Assembly (NCBI GenBank): GCA_963974935.1
Contig: CAXBEV010000008.1
Location: 21,322-85,321, forward strand
Direction of reading: 5' to 3'
Length of the DNA: 64,000 nucleotides
Origin: an uncultured Rhodospirillales bacterium
GTDB lineage: Bacteria; Pseudomonadota; Alphaproteobacteria; Rhodospirillales; Casp-alpha2
The first letter of the stretch is position 1. Each line of letters starts with the position of its first letter. The position numbers and the translations under genes were made by a program. The notes below the pieces were generated by a model, which had not been told where the DNA came from, made no database searches, and saw only the letters and a list, made by a program, of their open reading frames with translations. Of this stretch, positions 60,305-64,000 are shown piece by piece.

Positions 60305-61587
60305 AGCGACGCGGCGGGACGAGATGGCTCGGTGGCTTCAGGTTGAGCCACCGTGCTGTCTTTATCTGCCGATACATCAATCAAACGCGCGCAGGCATCC
60401 CAGACGGTGTCGATGGAAATCGCTTCGACGCACGGAAAAACATCAAATTTACTGTGACGTTTATGGCAGCGCCAAAAGCAGTGATAACAATCCATCTGCT
60501 CATAAACGAATTCGGCATGATCAGGCGTAATTTCAGCCGGATAAGGAACGAAGCTGGTAAAATGGCCACCACCGACATTCACCACGGTCGGCGTACCCAA
60601 CGCGATCGACAGGTGCGCCGGGCCGGTATCGTTGCTGACCATCAACCGGGCATGCCCAATCATATCCAAAAGTAACGGTAGCGACGTCTGCCCGGTCAGG
60701 TCAATGACGCCGTCCCTGCGTGCAATGGCCTGCAGCATACTGAGGTCCCACCGTTCTTCGCGCGTGCCCACAAAGACGACCTGCCATCCCAGCAACAGAA
60801 GTTTCTCTGCAATCGCCACATAAGCGCTGAACGGCCAGCGGCGACCGGGCTCGTTACTGCCTGGGTTGATCACTGCATACGGTGCCGCAGTGACCAACCC
60901 CGACGTTGGGCATTCCCAGTCAATTTGAGTCGGCTTCGGTGCGTAAATCTTGCCGGCAATCGCTGAGACAAAGCGAAAATGGCGGACGATCTCGTGAGTC
61001 GGGTAGGGGCCCGTATCTATGATCTCGTCAACTTGGCTAAGATAATAAGTAAATTCCGCCCGGGTCGGCTCGTTCACGTAGGGCATAGAAACCACAGTAC
61101 GCTCGGCACCGGATAACCAGACAAGACTGTCCGCCATCATGGCGCGCCGCAGGTAGGAATCACAGACAGCGATCTTCGGCGCTAGACATCGAATCCGCAG
61201 CGCGACAAAAAACCGGTACAAAAGATGACGCGCAAATTTATGCTCGTCGATGGTGATCACCCGATAGCCGCCAAACACACGATCCGTGATCGGCTGCCAG
61301 CTATCACATCCTAAAACCGTAATGTCGGCCTTATCGACACCGAAAGCTTCGGCATAATGGTCTAAACTGCTGCGAAACAGCACCATATCGCCGATGCCGT
61401 CCATCCGCACCGCCAATAGGCCCTTTTTCTTTTTGAAAATAGGCAGGTAGCGGGCAATCAAATCAAACGGACGAAACAGCCACCAACGTTTGCGCATACC
61501 CGCCGGCATCAGCCGCCAGAAAGGTGACGACGTAACTACCGGACGGGTCGCCGCCGAAAAAGGATCTGTGCGGTTCGAACTTTCCAT
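60301..61587 (-). CDS. Glycosyltransferase family 9-like protein with a C-terminal Cys4 motif
   Basis: 428 aa with the GT9 motif SNDTGPAHLSIALGTPTV. The Cys pattern C367-x2-C370-x3-C374-x11-C386 occurs in MDCYHCFWRCHKRHSKFDVFPC. Its stop overlaps the putative TTG start of ampG. Confidence 0.7.
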   Translation of the reverse strand: MESSNRTDPFSAATRPVVTSSPFWRLMPAGMRKRWWLFRPFDLIARYLPIFKKKKGLLAVRMDGIGDMVLFRSSLDHYAEAFGVDKADITVLGCDSWQPITDRVFGGYRVITIDEHKFARHLLYRFFVALRIRCLAPKIAVCDSYLRRAMMADSLVWLSGAERTVVSMPYVNEPTRAEFTYYLSQVDEIIDTGPYPTHEIVRHFRFVSAIAGKIYAPKPTQIDWECPTSGLVTAAPYAVINPGSNEPGRRWPFSAYVAIAEKLLLLGWQVVFVGTREERWDLSMLQAIARRDGVIDLTGQTSLPLLLDMIGHARLMVSNDTGPAHLSIALGTPTVVNVGGGHFTSFVPYPAEITPDHAEFVYEQMDCYHCFWRCHKRHSKFDVFPCVEAISIDTVWDACARLIDVSADKDSTVAQPEATEPSRPAASL

Positions 61588-61618
61588 AACGTTAGGGTAT
61601 CGCCGTCTTAAGCGTTGC

Positions 61619-63442
61619 TCAACCGGCGCTTTTACTGCGCTCAGCTTTTTTCCGCTCGTGCGGATTCAAAAGTTGTTTACGCAACCGCAAGATATTCGGC
61701 GTCACTTCGAGCAATTCATCATCGTTGATGTAAGCGATGGCGTCTTCCAAGCTGAGACGGCGCGGCGGCGATAAGCGGATCGCCTCGTCGGTGCCGGACG
61801 CCCGTACGTTCGTTAACTGCTTAGCTTTCAGCGGGTTCACCTCGAGATCATTCTCACGGCTATGCTCGCCGATAATCATACCTTCGTATACCGGCACACT
61901 TGCACCGATGAACAATTCGCCGCGACCTTCAAGGCCAGCCAGCCCATAAGCATTGGATTTACCGGTCGCATTGGAAATCAACACACCATTGCGGCGACCT
62001 GGGACCGGCCCAAGGTGCGGTGCAAAACTGTGGAACACCCGGTTCAAGACACCCGTGCCCCGGGTTTCCGTCATGAATTCACCGTGATAGCCGATCAGGC
62101 CCCGCGACGGCACCAAGAAGCTGAGGCGCACCTTATCGCCGCCGGCTTGGCGCATTTCAGTCATCCGGCCTTTACGGGTGTTCAGTGCTTCCACCACAAT
62201 CCCTGAGAAAGCTTCATCGACGTCAACAGTGACATCTTCCATCGGCTCCAGGGTTTCCCCGGTATCCGGGTCTTCACGGAACAGCACGCGCGGGCGTGAA
62301 ATCGACAGCTCAAATCCTTCGCGGCGCATCTGTTCGATCAGAACGCCAAGCTGTAATTCGCCACGACCCGCGACTTCGTAAGCATCGTTGTTGGCGGTCT
62401 CAGTGATCCGGATCGCGACGTTGCCTTCAGCTTCACGCATCAAGCGATCCCGGATCACGCGGGTCGTCACTTTGTCGCCGTCTTGCCCAGCGTAGGGCGA
62501 GGTATTGATGGAGAATGTGACCGCCAGGGTCGGTGGGTCGACCGGCTGCGATTGGATCGGCTCTGTCACCTCGATCGCACACAATGTGTCTGCGACGGTG
62601 GCTTTGGAAAGGCCTGCAATCGCGATGATGTCACCGGCTTCGGCACGATCTATCGGCACCCGCTTGACGTCACGGAACGCCAAAAGCTTTTGCACGCGGC
62701 CCTGCTCGGCCAGTTTGCCGTCCCGGTGCAACGCTTTGATGGTTTGGTTCGACGTCACGACACCGGACAAAACACGCCCGGTCAGAATGCGCCCCAAGAA
62801 CGGATCGGCTTCCAATGTCGTCACCAACATTTTGAACGGGCCGTCCGGGTCTGCGACTGGCGGCGGCACGTGTTTGACGATACATTCGAACAACGGGATC
62901 AGATCACCGCCGCCGGCATCGGGGTCTTCGGCCGCCCAGCCATTACGACCAGACGCGAACAAGGTCGGGAAATCCAACTGCTCGTCATTTGCTTCCAAAG
63001 CCGAGAACAGATCAAACACCTCGGTCTGCACATCAAATGGTCGTGCGTCCGGCTTGTCGACCTTGTTGACCACGACAATCGGCTTGAGGCCGAGTTTGAG
63101 CGCTTTTGCGGTCACGAACTTGGTTTGCGGCATCGGGCCTTCAGCGGCATCGACAAGCAGCACCACACCGTCAACCATCGACAAGATCCGCTCAACCTCA
63201 CCGCCGAAGTCGGCGTGACCAGGCGTATCAACGATGTTGAGACGAATATCGCGCCATTCAACGGACGTACACTTTGCAAGAATGGTGATACCACGCTCAC
63301 GCTCAAGTTCACCGGAGTCCATGACCCGCTCGGCGACTTTTTGGTTTGCATGGAATGCGCCACTTTGTGAGAGCATGGTATCCACCAATGTGGTTTTACC
63401 ATGGTCGACGTGCGCGATGATCGCGATGTTACGGAGGTCCAT
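61619..63442 (-). CDS. typA: Translational GTPase TypA/BipA
   Basis: The start is trimmed to the ATG at 63442 (MDLRNIAIIAHVDHGKTTLVD). The gene is 607 aa. Confidence 0.95.
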   Translation of the reverse strand: MDLRNIAIIAHVDHGKTTLVDTMLSQSGAFHANQKVAERVMDSGELERERGITILAKCTSVEWRDIRLNIVDTPGHADFGGEVERILSMVDGVVLLVDAAEGPMPQTKFVTAKALKLGLKPIVVVNKVDKPDARPFDVQTEVFDLFSALEANDEQLDFPTLFASGRNGWAAEDPDAGGGDLIPLFECIVKHVPPPVADPDGPFKMLVTTLEADPFLGRILTGRVLSGVVTSNQTIKALHRDGKLAEQGRVQKLLAFRDVKRVPIDRAEAGDIIAIAGLSKATVADTLCAIEVTEPIQSQPVDPPTLAVTFSINTSPYAGQDGDKVTTRVIRDRLMREAEGNVAIRITETANNDAYEVAGRGELQLGVLIEQMRREGFELSISRPRVLFREDPDTGETLEPMEDVTVDVDEAFSGIVVEALNTRKGRMTEMRQAGGDKVRLSFLVPSRGLIGYHGEFMTETRGTGVLNRVFHSFAPHLGPVPGRRNGVLISNATGKSNAYGLAGLEGRGELFIGASVPVYEGMIIGEHSRENDLEVNPLKAKQLTNVRASGTDEAIRLSPPRRLSLEDAIAYINDDELLEVTPNILRLRKQLLNPHERKKAERSKSAG

Positions 63443-63475
63443 TGGGGACTCCAACCTGGGGGTTTAGGAAAAAAC

Positions 63476-64000
63476 TTAGTTAGCGATGTCGCTTAATAGA
63501 TGCTGCACACTGGCTGTCGGACGCGCACCGATCTGTTGAATGATCAATGCCGCCATCAAACCGCCCAGAATCGCTGCGGCCTTTAGGTCGTGACCTTGAG
63601 TGTACGCCGCCAAGAACCCGGCTGCATAGGCATCACCCGCACCCGTACTATCAATCACGTGTTCAACAGTGGCAGCTGGGACCGAAATCATGTCATCCGC
63701 GGTAACGACAACCGAGCCTTTTTCGGATCGAGTCAGAGCTGCAACCTCAACCTTACCTTGAATCGCGGCAGCGGCGTCTTCGAAGCTGCCGCCTTGGTCT
63801 TGGTACAGCGACATGATTTCGTCTTCGTTAGCGAACAAGATATCGACGTGTTCGGCGATAAAATCACGAAAACCGGCACGGTGGCGATCGACGCAGAACG
63901 GATCGGATAAGGAAAGTGCAACTTTACGGCCTGCCGCGTGCGCCGCTTCGGCGGCTTTGAAGAACGCTTCACGGGCCGCGTCTGGATCCCACAAATAGCC
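63476..64000 (-). CDS. PfkB-family carbohydrate/adenosine kinase, 3' part only (the ORF continues beyond the right edge)
   Basis: The C-terminal PfkB signature DSTGAGDAYAAGFL is present. The reading frame is open to nt 64000. Confidence 0.8.
   Translation of the reverse strand, partial: GYLWDPDAAREAFFKAAEAAHAAGRKVALSLSDPFCVDRHRAGFRDFIAEHVDILFANEDEIMSLYQDQGGSFEDAAAAIQGKVEVAALTRSEKGSVVVTADDMISVPAATVEHVIDSTGAGDAYAAGFLAAYTQGHDLKAAAILGGLMAALIIQQIGARPTASVQHLLSDIAN

Noticed and set aside
1-64000. A window-wide search by eye for rRNA, tRNA, CRISPR arrays, IS elements, integrases and known defence-system genes
   Set aside because: No intergenic gap has tRNA-like cloverleaf potential or regularly spaced repeats. 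No transposase, integrase, nuclease-helicase or NTPase accessory genes were recognised outside the 1-6.6 kb phage-like region.

Overview
This 64-kb window looks like a GC-rich alphaproteobacterial chromosome. That assignment is an inference from Irr, MucR/Ros, two SAM-II-type riboswitches and fabA-fabB-fabI-irr synteny. I can support about 60 protein genes, and almost all of those between nt 1 and 54.8 kb are on the minus strand. I found no rRNA, tRNA, CRISPR array, IS/transposase or integrase.

Positions 6.8-64 kb are ordinary, well-conserved core genome:
- tldD, metZ, pabBC
- an Irr-linked rubrerythrin/Fe-S/DUF3501 cluster
- irr-fabI-fabB-fabA
- pnp-rpsO-truB-rbfA-infB-ylxR-nusA-rimP
- trmB-metK
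- lnt-corC-ybeY-phoH-miaB
- fur, mucR, tsaB, trpS, murJ, glnD, mutS, maeB, ppa, typA
- a GT9-ampG-GT9 envelope cluster

The only accessory-looking part is the left 6.6 kb. It holds a compact podovirus-type head module (small basic protein, T7-like portal, Bbp19-like protein, scaffold, capsid, small acidic protein). This is followed by two paralogous peptidoglycan-binding-domain proteins flanking a CPBP protease. The module abuts tldD and runs off the left edge of the window.

Other points worth a second look:
- structured RNA elements around the capsid gene
- a promoter/three-hairpin/terminator cassette upstream of the module (sRNA or antitermination leader)
- two related SAM-II-like aptamers, upstream of metZ and metK
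- a near-consensus Irr ICE box at the rubrerythrin promoter
- a homopolymer frameshift splitting ampG
- a GT9 glycosyltransferase with a C-terminal Cys4 motif

All family names come from motif recognition by eye. No database search or statistics were run.
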